Source: Burkholderiales bacterium 28-67-8 (GTDB lineage Bacteria > Pseudomonadota > Gammaproteobacteria > Burkholderiales > Burkholderiaceae_C). Taken from it: DNA of 55,610 bases. This document shows, piece by piece, positions 1-7,687 of this stretch. The position numbers and the translations under genes are program-made. The notes below the pieces were generated by a model. The model was not told the DNA's origin. It worked only from the letters and a program-made list of their open reading frames with translations, and did not search any database. Every line of letters begins with the position of its first letter. The stretch's first letter is position 1. The stretch spans positions 1 to 55,610 of the forward strand of contig NCFZ01000001.1 in the NCBI GenBank assembly GCA_002281415.1. Reading direction: 5' to 3'.

Positions 1-174
1 CTCGACCTCGGCCATCACCTGGGCCCGCGTCTTGGTGCTCTTCCAGTGGTCAGGGTGTTCGGTGAAGCCGACTTCACCCTGTGCAGGGTGGTACAGGGAG
101 TTGGCCTGCGCCATCACCGGAAGCGTCATGGCCAGTGCAACGAGGGGCATGGCGGCGAATTTGCGAATGTTCAT
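1..174 (-). CDS. DUF4148-like small secreted protein (C-terminus lies beyond the window edge)
   Basis: ATG at 174-172 follows an AAGGAA RBS. Translation is MNIRKFAAMPLVALAMTLPVMAQA/NSLYHPAQGEVGFTEHPDHWKSTKTRAQVMAEVE: a signal peptide plus a DUF4148-type motif. It is absent from the ORF track because it stays open to the window edge. Confidence 0.6.
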   Translation of the reverse strand, partial: MNIRKFAAMPLVALAMTLPVMAQANSLYHPAQGEVGFTEHPDHWKSTKTRAQVMAEVE

Positions 175-242
175 GGTCAGGGTTCCTTGCGTAGGAAGTT
201 GTCCGCAACCGTGGGTCGCGGCATGCCCGATGGCATGACCAT

Positions 243-298
243 GACTCTAGAAATCTGCCTCCAACAGGAGTCGGTCCTGCACCTGACAACTTGGTCAT
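243..298 (-). promoter_or_regulatory. Conserved 56-bp control module, copy 1 (dyad box + CTGTTGG + TTTCTAGAGTC)
   Basis: The minus strand reads ATGACCAAGTTGTCAG-N15-CTGTTGG-N7-TTTCTAGAGTC and ends 68 nt before the ATG at 174. The dyad box (283-298) also lies 33 nt upstream of the regulator ATG at 332. Block order and spacing are the same as at 6786-6841. Confidence 0.45.
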
Positions 299-331
299 GT
301 GCAAGGGGCGCCGGCTGAGTGTTTGAACGGC

Positions 332-1018
332 ATGAGACTGCTGGTGATCGAAGACGAGGTCAAACTTGCCGAGTACCTGCGCAAGGGACTGACCGAGGAA
401 GGCTACGTCGTGGACGTGGCGCACAACGGCGTCGACGGTCTGCACATGGCGATGGAGGGCGACTACGGCCTGCTCGTACTGGACGGCATGCTGCCCGGCA
501 TCGACGGCCTGGGCCTCCTGGCCGCCCTGCGCCAGAGCAAACAAACGCCGGTGCTGATGGTCACGGCACGAATCCGCGTCGAGGACCGCGTCAAGGGCCT
601 GCAAGGGGGCGCAGACGACTATCTCGTCAAGCCGTTCGCGTTCTCCGAACTGGTGGCCCGGATCCAGGTCCTGCTGCGCCGCTCACGGCCGGCACGCGAG
701 CCTGAAGGCACCACGATCCTGGGCCTGGCAGACCTCGAGATGGACCTTGTGCGCCGCAAGGCCACCCGTGCCGGACGAAGGCTCGACCTCACGGCCAAGG
801 AGTTCACACTGCTGGCACTGCTGCTGCGCCGCCAGGGGGAGGTGCTCTCCCGCACCGAGATCGCGGAGCAGGTCTGGGACATCAACTTCGACAGCGCTAC
901 CAATGTCATCGACGTTGCGGTGCGCAGACTGCGCGGCAAGCTCGACGCCCCGTTTGAGCGCGTGCTGCTGCACACCGTACGCGGCATGGGCTATGTGCTG
1001 GAGGAGCGCGAAGAATGA
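332..1018 (+). CDS. OmpR-family heavy-metal response regulator (CusR/CopR/CzcR-like)
   Basis: Begins MRLLVIEDEVKLAEYLRKGL, has an acceptor-Asp context LLVLDGMLPG, and ends in a winged-helix C-terminus (HTVRGMGYVLEE). I chose ATG 332 over the GTG at 299 used in the track. The stop overlaps the kinase start (ATGA). Confidence 0.9.
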   Translation: MRLLVIEDEVKLAEYLRKGLTEEGYVVDVAHNGVDGLHMAMEGDYGLLVLDGMLPGIDGLGLLAALRQSKQTPVLMVTARIRVEDRVKGLQGGADDYLVKPFAFSELVARIQVLLRRSRPAREPEGTTILGLADLEMDLVRRKATRAGRRLDLTAKEFTLLALLLRRQGEVLSRTEIAEQVWDINFDSATNVIDVAVRRLRGKLDAPFERVLLHTVRGMGYVLEEREE

Positions 1019-2466
1019 GCACGCCGGGCCGCCCCAAGTGCTCAGGCTCCCGCTTGGCGGGACCGGCCGCAGGCCGCAGGGGTGCCCCAATGAGCAAGAG
1101 CCGCGTCGGCTCCCTTGGGCGGCGGCTGTCCACATGGCTGGCACTCCAGAGCCTGGCCGGACTGTCCGTGGTCTGCGTCGCCGTGTACGCCGTCACGCAC
1201 ATGAACTTTGAGGCTCGGCAGGTCGAGGCGCTGTCGCAGAAGCAGACGCAGGTGCGGCACCTGCTCACCGAAGCCACCCCGCCTGGTGACGCAACAACGC
1301 TGACCCACAAGCTCGACGACTTCTTCATCGGGCATCAGGATCTGGCCTTGTTGCTGGTGCGGTCCGATGGCAGCGTCTTCTACCAGCGCGCCGTGGGCGC
1401 GGCATCCCCAGCAAGCGCGCGCGTAGTCCGCTTCGAAGTGGTTTCGCCGGCCAGCGCACCGGACAGGCTGACCGCCGTCCTGACACTGGACACGGGCGAT
1501 GACCGCCAGTTGCTGCGTCGGCTCGCACTGACCTTGCTGGCAGCTGCCCTTACCGGGGCCGCGCTGGTCTCTGCGGGGGGCTTTGCGCTGGTGCGCCTGG
1601 GGCTGCGCCCCGTGCGTGACCTGGTGGAGCAGACGCGCCTGCTCGCAGCAGACACGTTGCATCGGCGCCTGGATGGCTCGGGCCAGGCCGAAGAGCTCGA
1701 ACCTCTGATCGCGCAGTTCAACGAGTTGCTCGGCCGCTTGTCACAGGCCTATGAACAGTTGGAAGGCTTCAATGCCGATGTGGCGCACGAGCTGTGCACC
1801 CCGCTGGCCACCCTGATCAGCAGCACCGAACTGGGATTGCGCCGGGCGCGTAGCGCCGACGAACTGCGCGAGGTGCTCGGGTCGAACCTGGAAGAACTGC
1901 AGCGCGTGGCTGGCATCGTGCAGGACATGCTCTTTCTTTCACAGGCCGATCGTGGCAGTTCGGCGCGCCGCGTGGCCACGGCCAGCCTGGCCGGAGTAGC
2001 CCGGCAGGTGGCTGACTATCACGACGCCGCACTGGACGATGCCGGAGTCCAGGTCGAGGTCATCGGCGATACCGGCGGAGAGTTTGATCTGCCGCTGCTG
2101 CAACGCGCGCTGTCGAACCTGGTGGCCAATGCAACGCGCTACGCGGACCGCGGCTCGACGATCCGCATCGAGATCAATGCCCTGACGGGCGGCGAAGTGC
2201 GGTTGGCGGTGGCCAATCAAGGCGCGACCATCGAACCGGCCCACCTGCCACGGTTGTTTGATCGGTTCTTCCGTGGCGATCGCGCACGCACCGGCGCGCA
2301 TCAGAACCACGGGCTGGGTCTGGCCATTGTCGCTGCGATTGCCCGCATGCACGGCGGCCGGCCATTTGCAAGTTCAGCCAACGGCATCACCTCGATCGGC
2401 TTCACCTTGCTGCCCGCGCCGGGTGTTTCAGCGGCGCCCTCCGCTACGGCGCCTTCACCTTCTTGA
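1015..2466 (+). CDS. Heavy-metal sensor histidine kinase
   Basis: Two TM segments flank a periplasmic domain. H-box is ADVAHELCTPLA; the HATPase region includes NLVANATRYA and GLGLAIV. It is translationally coupled to the regulator. An alternative ATG lies at 1090. Confidence 0.85.
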   Translation: MSTPGRPKCSGSRLAGPAAGRRGAPMSKSRVGSLGRRLSTWLALQSLAGLSVVCVAVYAVTHMNFEARQVEALSQKQTQVRHLLTEATPPGDATTLTHKLDDFFIGHQDLALLLVRSDGSVFYQRAVGAASPASARVVRFEVVSPASAPDRLTAVLTLDTGDDRQLLRRLALTLLAAALTGAALVSAGGFALVRLGLRPVRDLVEQTRLLAADTLHRRLDGSGQAEELEPLIAQFNELLGRLSQAYEQLEGFNADVAHELCTPLATLISSTELGLRRARSADELREVLGSNLEELQRVAGIVQDMLFLSQADRGSSARRVATASLAGVARQVADYHDAALDDAGVQVEVIGDTGGEFDLPLLQRALSNLVANATRYADRGSTIRIEINALTGGEVRLAVANQGATIEPAHLPRLFDRFFRGDRARTGAHQNHGLGLAIVAAIARMHGGRPFASSANGITSIGFTLLPAPGVSAAPSATAPSPS

Positions 2467-3100
2467 TCTCCTGGTCGACCAGAGCCCGCAACTGCGCCTC
2501 GCCGAATTCACGCAAGGGCGTGCCGTTGACGAAGAACCCCGGCGTCCGGTCCACCTTCAATGCCTTCATGTCGGCGACGTCCTGCGCCAGCAGCTGGGCC
2601 ACCGCGGGGCTGTTGGCGTCGGACCGGGCCTTCGCCATGTCCAGGCCGAGGTCCGTGATCAGGTCCCAGATCAGCTCGGGTCTGGCGTTGCCATGGGCTG
2701 CCCACCGCGGCTGGCCAGCCAGCGCCCGCTCGACCGCCGGCCAGTACTGGCCCTGCAGCTTTGCTGCTTCCAGAATCTTCACCGCGGTATCCGAGCCTTC
2801 GTGAAGCGGCGCATGCCGAACCACCAGCCTGACCTGTCCGAAGCTCGAATTGACGATGGTCTTGACCAGCGGATAGAAGGCCCGACAGGTTTCGCAGGCC
2901 GGGTCGAAGAACTCGACGATGGTGACCTTGGCAGCCGGATTACCGAACACAGGTGAACTTGCCCTGACCAGCGCATCGCTGTTCGACTGGGCGGCCTGGC
3001 TGACCTGCTGCGTTTCGCGACCCTTGAAGACAACGGCCCCCGCGATGAACGCGACCACGACGGCCACCACGGACGCGACAACGATCCACTGCTTCTTCAT
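2444..3100 (-). CDS. DsbA-like thioredoxin-fold thiol:disulfide oxidoreductase (membrane-anchored or secreted)
   Basis: Starts MKKQWIVVASVVAVVVAFIAGA and carries the CxxC site FFDPACETCRAFYP. ATG 3100-3098 overlaps the upstream stop (ATGA). The track ORF 2444..3481 is an over-extension. Confidence 0.8.
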   Translation of the reverse strand: MKKQWIVVASVVAVVVAFIAGAVVFKGRETQQVSQAAQSNSDALVRASSPVFGNPAAKVTIVEFFDPACETCRAFYPLVKTIVNSSFGQVRLVVRHAPLHEGSDTAVKILEAAKLQGQYWPAVERALAGQPRWAAHGNARPELIWDLITDLGLDMAKARSDANSPAVAQLLAQDVADMKALKVDRTPGFFVNGTPLREFGEAQLRALVDQEIKKVKAP

Positions 3101-3522
3101 GCTTTCACCCTTTTGTTTGCAAGCCACAGCAGCGCAAGAATGCCCGTGAATGCGATGGCGGAGAGCAAGGGAATGGGCACGACCCCAGCCACTTGCACCT
3201 CGGCGTCTGCACAGGAGCCACCCTTGCCGCATGGCACCAGCCCCTCGGTGACCACGCCCCAGAACACCGCGCAGTGGTAGACCGCCAAGCTCCAGCCGGC
3301 CCAGGCGAAAGGCCACGCATACCGGATGCTGCGGCCGTCGGCTTCCAACAGGCCCAGTCCCAGGATCACGACCAGCGGAAACATGGCGATGCGCTGGTAC
3401 CAGCACAACACGCAGGGCGCCATGCCCATCACCTCGCCCAGGAACAAGGCACCTGCCGTCGCCAGCAGCGCGATGAGCCACGCTGCGAACAACGGCGCCC
3501 AGTGTCTTTGAGCAGCCGGCAT
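3097..3522 (-). CDS. DsbB/BdbC-family disulfide bond formation membrane protein
   Basis: 141 aa with four hydrophobic segments, a first Cys pair in MAPCVLCWYQR and a second pair in CGKGGSC. ATG at 3522-3520. The track ORF 3097..4050 is an over-extension. Confidence 0.75.
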   Translation of the reverse strand: MPAAQRHWAPLFAAWLIALLATAGALFLGEVMGMAPCVLCWYQRIAMFPLVVILGLGLLEADGRSIRYAWPFAWAGWSLAVYHCAVFWGVVTEGLVPCGKGGSCADAEVQVAGVVPIPLLSAIAFTGILALLWLANKRVKA

Positions 3523-3878
3523 CAGCGCTCCTCGTCGCGCAGCAGTCGTTCGAGGTCCGGCGGTAGCGCCATCGGCTCGAACGGACTGACGTTCGATGCG
3601 CCGGTATTGCCCAGGGGCAGGCGGCCGCTCAGGTGTCCGATGGGGGTGAGCACCAGGCGCAGCAGTTGCCCGCGCAGTTCCCGACCGTCCCGCAGAGCCC
3701 ACGCCGCACGCAGCATCAGCAGGTGCACGCGCAGGTGCGGCCCGATCTCGCGCTGACCCAGCACATGGGCACGCTCCAGCATGGCCATCGCGGCGGCCGG
3801 ATTCGCTGCAGCCATCAGTCTCCGAGCGTCGGACAAGGCCGCATCGTAGGCCACTGCGCGGGGCGACATCTGTCTCAT
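3522..3878 (-). CDS. DUF3703 domain protein
   Basis: Motifs LERAHVLGQREIGPHLRVHLLMLRAAWALRD and LPLGNTGASNVSPFEPMALPPDL match the DUF3703 pattern commonly found beside cadA. ATG 3878 overlaps the cadA stop (ATGA). An alternative ATG lies at 3869. Confidence 0.7.
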   Translation of the reverse strand: MRQMSPRAVAYDAALSDARRLMAAANPAAAMAMLERAHVLGQREIGPHLRVHLLMLRAAWALRDGRELRGQLLRLVLTPIGHLSGRLPLGNTGASNVSPFEPMALPPDLERLLRDEER

Positions 3879-6175
3879 CGGCTCTGCGCGCCGGCCTTGA
3901 GCAGGCGCAGCCCGTTGACGACCACCAGCAGGCTGGCGCCCATGTCGGCGAACACCGCCATCCACATCGACGCGTTGCCGAACACCGCCAGCACCAGGAA
4001 CACCGCCTTGATACCCAAGGCGAGCGCGATGTTCTGCCACAGCACCGCATGCGTGAACTTCGACAGGCGCACTGTCTCGGCGATGCGCCGCAGGTCGTCG
4101 TTCATCACCACCACGTCGGCCGCTTCCATCGCCGTGTCGGTGCCGGCTGCACCCATGGCCACACCGATGTCGGACTGGGCCAGCGCCGGCGCGTCGTTGA
4201 TGCCGTCGCCGGTCATCGCCGTCATCCCGTGCTCGGCCTGCAGCGCCTTGATGGCAGCGAGCTTGTCTTCCGGCAGCAGGTTGCCCCGAGCCTCGGCGAT
4301 GCCTGCCTCGTGCGCGATGGCCGTGGCGGTGGCTTGGTTGTCGCCCGTCAGCATCACGGGGGTGATGCCCAGCGCCTTCAGCTCGGCCACCGCCTCGCGC
4401 GATGAAGGCTTGATGGTGTCGGCCACCGCAAAGAGAGCCACCGGGCCCGTGTCGCTGGCCAGCAGGCTGACCGTGCGGCCGGCTTCTTCGTGCGTGCGCA
4501 GCACGGCCTCGAGCGCCGGTGAACACTGGCCACGCTCTTCGATCAGCCGGTGATTGCCCAGCACCCAGAGCTTGCCGCCGATTTCAGCCTGCACGCCACG
4601 CCCGGCGATGGCCTTGAAGTCCTTGGCTTCGACGCTGTTGGACTTGAGCCCGGCCGCAATCGCGCGTGACACTGGGTGATCGGAGTGGCCTGCCAGCACC
4701 GCGGCCATGTGTTCGGCCGTGGCCGCGTCCATGCCAGCCGCCATGGCCGTGTCCAGCACCTTCCACTCCACCAGCTTCGGTTTGCCTTCGGTGATCGTCC
4801 CGGTCTTGTCGAGCGCGATGGCCTTGAGATTGCGCGCGCCTTCCAGGTACACCCCGCCCTTGATCAGGATGCCACGCCGCGCCGCGGCCGCCAGGCCGCT
4901 GACGATGGTCACTGGCGTCGAGATCACCAGCGCGCAGGGGCAGGCGATGACCAGCAGCACCAGGGCCTTGTAGATCGCCTGCATCCAGGTCCAGTCCAGC
5001 AGCCAGGGCCCGAGCAGGGCCACCGCCAGCGCGACGACGAAGACAGCCGGCGTGTAGACCGCAGCGAAGCGGTCCACGAAGCCCTGGGTGGGCGCGCGCG
5101 TGCCCTGCGCTTCTTCCACGGCGTGGATGATGCGTGCCAGGGTCGAGTTCGAGGCCAGGGCCGTGACACGGAACTCGAAGCTGCCGGTGTCGTTGATCGT
5201 GCCGGCAAACACCGGGTCGCCCACTGCCTTGTCCACTGGGATGCTCTCGCCGGTCACCGGCGCCTGGTTGATGCTGGTACTGCCGGCGGTCAACACGCCG
5301 TCCATCGGCACCCGTTCACCCGGCCGCACCCGCAGCACCGCGTCGAGCACGACCGTCGCTACCGGTTGCGTCAACCACGTCCCATCGGCCTGGCGCACAA
5401 CTGCTTCTTCGGGCGCCATTTCCAGCAGTCCCTTGATCGCATTGCGGGCGCGGTCCACCGCGCGCGCTTCGATGGCCTCGGCGATGGCGTAAAGCGCCAT
5501 GACCATCGCGGCTTCGGGCCACTGGCCGATGGCGAAGGCGCCGGTGACGGCCACCGTCATCAGTGCGTTGATGTTCAGCCGCCCGCGCAACAGTGCCGTC
5601 AGCCCCTTCTTGTAGACATCGAAGCCTGCCAGCCAGATGGCCGCAGCGGCCACCGCCAGACCGGCGCCCTGCCATATCTGCGTGTCCGGCGCGAAGTAGC
5701 CCACCAGTTCGGCCCCAATCGCGAGCAGCAATGCCATCCCCAGGCGCCCGTAGCCGGCCGGCCCAAAGGCGTGATCCTGGCCGTGATCGTGTCCGTCATC
5801 GGCCCCGTGTCCGGATGCGGCGCCGGGCTTGCCCTCGGTCAGCGGCTGCGGATCGAAACCTGCCTTGCGGATGGCCGCAACGGCCTGCTCCAGCGCCGGC
5901 CCGGGCGCATCGAGCGCCAGGCTGCGCTGCCCGAGCTGAAAGGTCATGGCCCGAATTCCGGTGATGCCCTCGACGGCCCGTCGAATCTCGGACTCCTCAG
6001 CCGCGCAGTCCATTGTCGGCACCCGAAAGCGCGCCCATCCCGCGCCCTGCGGCGGTACCTCGGCGGCAGGTGCGGCTTGCGCTGCGGGAACATCGCAAGC
6101 ACCGTAGTGGTCGTGGCCATCCAGCGACAGTGGTGGCTTGGCGGGGGTTGCAGCAGGTGTTTCGGAGCGGCTCAC
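3875..6175 (-). CDS. cadA: Cd/Zn/Pb-type heavy-metal translocating P1B ATPase
   Basis: N-terminal HMA domain with TMDCAAEE, TM motif ACPCALVISTP, plus DKTGT, HP, TGDN and GDGINDAPAL. GTG start at 6175 with a GAAGGA RBS. A divergent MerR-type regulator lies upstream. Confidence 0.9.
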   Translation of the reverse strand: MSRSETPAATPAKPPLSLDGHDHYGACDVPAAQAAPAAEVPPQGAGWARFRVPTMDCAAEESEIRRAVEGITGIRAMTFQLGQRSLALDAPGPALEQAVAAIRKAGFDPQPLTEGKPGAASGHGADDGHDHGQDHAFGPAGYGRLGMALLLAIGAELVGYFAPDTQIWQGAGLAVAAAAIWLAGFDVYKKGLTALLRGRLNINALMTVAVTGAFAIGQWPEAAMVMALYAIAEAIEARAVDRARNAIKGLLEMAPEEAVVRQADGTWLTQPVATVVLDAVLRVRPGERVPMDGVLTAGSTSINQAPVTGESIPVDKAVGDPVFAGTINDTGSFEFRVTALASNSTLARIIHAVEEAQGTRAPTQGFVDRFAAVYTPAVFVVALAVALLGPWLLDWTWMQAIYKALVLLVIACPCALVISTPVTIVSGLAAAARRGILIKGGVYLEGARNLKAIALDKTGTITEGKPKLVEWKVLDTAMAAGMDAATAEHMAAVLAGHSDHPVSRAIAAGLKSNSVEAKDFKAIAGRGVQAEIGGKLWVLGNHRLIEERGQCSPALEAVLRTHEEAGRTVSLLASDTGPVALFAVADTIKPSSREAVAELKALGITPVMLTGDNQATATAIAHEAGIAEARGNLLPEDKLAAIKALQAEHGMTAMTGDGINDAPALAQSDIGVAMGAAGTDTAMEAADVVVMNDDLRRIAETVRLSKFTHAVLWQNIALALGIKAVFLVLAVFGNASMWMAVFADMGASLLVVVNGLRLLKAGAQSR

Positions 6176-6202
6176 GATGGAATCCTTCGATCGACAGACT
6201 GC

Positions 6203-6233
6203 ATTGAAAACCCTGAAGTCGGTGTAAGGTCAA
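6203..6233 (-). promoter_or_regulatory. MerR-family type promoter/operator of the cadA operon
   Basis: The minus strand reads TTGACC-(19 nt: TTACACCGACTTCAGGGTT)-TTCAAT. The over-long 19-bp spacer is the MerR hallmark, and an imperfect dyad ACCTT-N11-AGGGT sits inside it. It lies 27 nt upstream of the cadA GTG. Confidence 0.65.
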
Positions 6234-6260
6234 GCCCTGTTTGAACATCGGGGGTACTTC

Positions 6261-6704
6261 ATGCGCATAGGACACTTGTCTGCAGCCACCGGCACGCCCG
6301 TCGAAACCATCCGCTTCTACGAGCGCGAGGGCCTGATCCCCCCCGCACAGCGCAGCGATAACAATTACCGCGTGTACACCGCGGCGCATGCCGAGCGGCT
6401 GGCGTTCATCCGCCATTGCCGCAACCTGGACATGGCGCTGGACGAGATCCGCTCCCTGCTGCGCTTGCGCGATGCGCCGCCCGAGGACTGCGGCGAAGTC
6501 AACCATCTCCTGGACGAGCACATCGGGCATGTCGCGAAGCGCATCCGCGAGTTGCGTGCGCTCGAAAAGGATCTAAAGGCGCTGCGGGCGCGCTGCAGTT
6601 CGCCCCACCCGATCGACGAGTGCGGCATCCTGAACCAACTGGACAGCGTAGCTGCCCAAGGCTCCAAGGTAGCAACCCACCGGCACATACGCGGGTCGCA
6701 CTGA
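6261..6704 (+). CDS. cadR: MerR-family Cd(II)/Pb(II)/Zn(II)-responsive regulator
   Basis: Starts MRIGHLSAATGTPVETIRFYEREGLIPP (an HTH). Cys77, Cys112 and Cys121 are placed as in CadR/PbrR/ZntR. It is divergent from cadA. Confidence 0.85.
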   Translation: MRIGHLSAATGTPVETIRFYEREGLIPPAQRSDNNYRVYTAAHAERLAFIRHCRNLDMALDEIRSLLRLRDAPPEDCGEVNHLLDEHIGHVAKRIRELRALEKDLKALRARCSSPHPIDECGILNQLDSVAAQGSKVATHRHIRGSH

Positions 6705-6785
6705 CCTGGGCGCGCCACGACGCCTCAATCTCGGTCCCTGGATGGCACGCTGACCGCCATGGCCACGACGGCGCCGGGCCCGAAC

Positions 6786-6841
6786 ATGACGCTTCTGTCA
6801 TCTGTCGGTCCCAGGTCTGTTGGTCACCGGTTTCTAGAGTC
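6786..6841 (+). promoter_or_regulatory. Conserved 56-bp control module, copy 2
   Basis: Reads ATGACGCTTCTGTCAT-N15-CTGTTGG-N7-TTTCTAGAGTC and ends 72 nt before the czcE-like ATG at 6914. Block spacing is identical to copy 1 (243-298, opposite strand). Confidence 0.45.
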
Positions 6842-6913
6842 TTTGCTGATGCCAACAAGGGCATTGCGAGCCATGCAGCCGCATGGCCGGGAAACACCAG
6901 ACAAGGACAAGTC

Positions 6914-7258
6914 ATGCAGAAAGCCCGATTCCTCACCGCCATCGCCATGTTCGGCGTTGCCGCCGCACCGTTCGCCAGCCTCGCCGCCGGTGCGGACACC
7001 TTTGCCAATGGGCAGTCCTACTACGGCCAACCGACCTCGCCGCAGGCGGCCACGCGTACGGTCGATCTGGGATCGGCCAGCGCGATCAATGTCGTCTATG
7101 GGGAAACGGTGACGTTTCGCAGCGCTGGCCAGCTGTTCACCTGGACTTTCAACGGACTCGACCGTCGGGCGGTCGATGTCGCGAAGATCGCACCGGCAGG
7201 CTTCCCCACCAAGCCGCTCGTTGTTCATGTCGGGAAGAGCCCGGCCAATCGCAGCTAG
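6914..7258 (+). CDS. czcE: CzcE-family periplasmic metal-binding protein
   Basis: Signal peptide MQKARFLTAIAMFGVAAAPFASLAAG, then TRTVDLGSASAINVVYGETVTFRSAGQLFTWTFNG...VDVAKIAPAGF, which fits the CzcE pattern. AAGGA RBS. It is the internal start of track ORF 6416..7258. Confidence 0.6.
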   Translation: MQKARFLTAIAMFGVAAAPFASLAAGADTFANGQSYYGQPTSPQAATRTVDLGSASAINVVYGETVTFRSAGQLFTWTFNGLDRRAVDVAKIAPAGFPTKPLVVHVGKSPANRS

Positions 7259-7343
7259 CGCGAATTCGGACGGCGTCCGAACAGGGTGACATGGTGCAAC
7301 GCGTGAAATTCTGACCCTGCCCACGCGATGCGGCCTCGCATGG

Positions 7344-7365
7344 ATCCTATCCCCTGGGGTAGGAT
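7344..7365 (+). promoter_or_regulatory. CsoR/RcnR-type operator candidate (G/C tract flanked by inverted repeat)
   Basis: ATCCTA(T)CCCC-T-GGGGTAGGAT is an imperfect palindrome with a C4/G4 core. It ends 8 nt before the csoR-like ATG at 7373. Confidence 0.5.
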
Positions 7366-7372
7366 ACCGTCC

Positions 7373-7651
7373 ATGCAAGAGAGCCACGCCCACCCCGGCT
7401 ATGTGAATGTCGCGAAGCGCCTGAAGCGCGCCAGCGGGCATCTGCAGAATGTCATCGCCATGGTGGAGTCGGACCGCGAGTGCATCGACATCGCGCAACA
7501 GCTGCATGCGGTCGAACGCGCTGTGGCTGCTGCCAAGCGTGCACTGGTGCATCAGCATCTCGATCATTGCCTGGACGACGCGCTGCAGGGTCAACCGCAG
7601 GCCGTTCGCGTTGCGATGGCGGACTTCAAAGACATCACCAAATATCGTTGA
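7373..7651 (+). CDS. csoR: CsoR/RcnR/FrmR-family metal-sensing repressor, C-H-C (CsoR/InrS-type) fingerprint
   Basis: 92 aa. Cys37, His62 and Cys66 are spaced +25/+29 as in CsoR C36-H61-C65. The N-terminus carries H5 and H7. ATG 7373 was preferred over 7328. Confidence 0.8.
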   Translation: MQESHAHPGYVNVAKRLKRASGHLQNVIAMVESDRECIDIAQQLHAVERAVAAAKRALVHQHLDHCLDDALQGQPQAVRVAMADFKDITKYR

Positions 7652-7687
7652 CCACCGCCTGATCACCTCATCCAGCGCCTCGCACCC

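Noticed and set aside
3097-4526. The N-terminal extensions of track ORFs 3097..4050 and 3522..4526 (and likewise 2444..3481) would give 317-345-aa proteins.
   Set aside because: The extensions overlap cadA or each other and are low-complexity Arg/Gly/Ala-rich. Internal ATGs with start/stop coupling give proteins of normal family size: 141 aa (DsbB-like), 118 aa (DUF3703) and 218 aa (DsbA-like).
4676-6244. Many long ORFs lie antisense to, or out of frame with, the called genes. Examples are 4676..6244, 7772..8716, 9306..10637, 13467..15374, 28101..30122, 37548..38939, 42410..43360, 44919..46211 and 47465..48376.
   Set aside because: These are typical shadow ORFs of GC-rich DNA. Their translations are Arg/Ala/Gly/Pro-rich with no recognisable motifs, and each is fully covered by a gene with strong family signatures on the other strand or frame.
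243-6841. The two inverted copies of the GACTCTAGA...CAACAG module might be terminal inverted repeats of a transposon carrying the two-component and cadA genes.
   Set aside because: Conservation is confined to short blocks separated by unconserved spacers. Both copies keep the same distance to a downstream start codon. No transposase or target duplication is associated. A shared promoter/operator architecture explains the data better.
6817-6841. Reading CTGTTGG-N7-TTTC as a sigma-54 (-24/-12) promoter.
   Set aside because: TGG is present at the right distance, but the -12 element reads TTTCT in both copies instead of TTGC. The invariant GC is missing, and no enhancer-binding protein gene is nearby.
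7265-7281. Stem-loop TTCGGAC-GGC-GTCCGAA after the czcE-like gene, and the weak AACAC-N8-GTGTT+TT at 20233-20252, as intrinsic terminators.
   Set aside because: The first has no U-tract. The second has only a 5-bp A/T-rich stem. This is too weak to report either as a feature.
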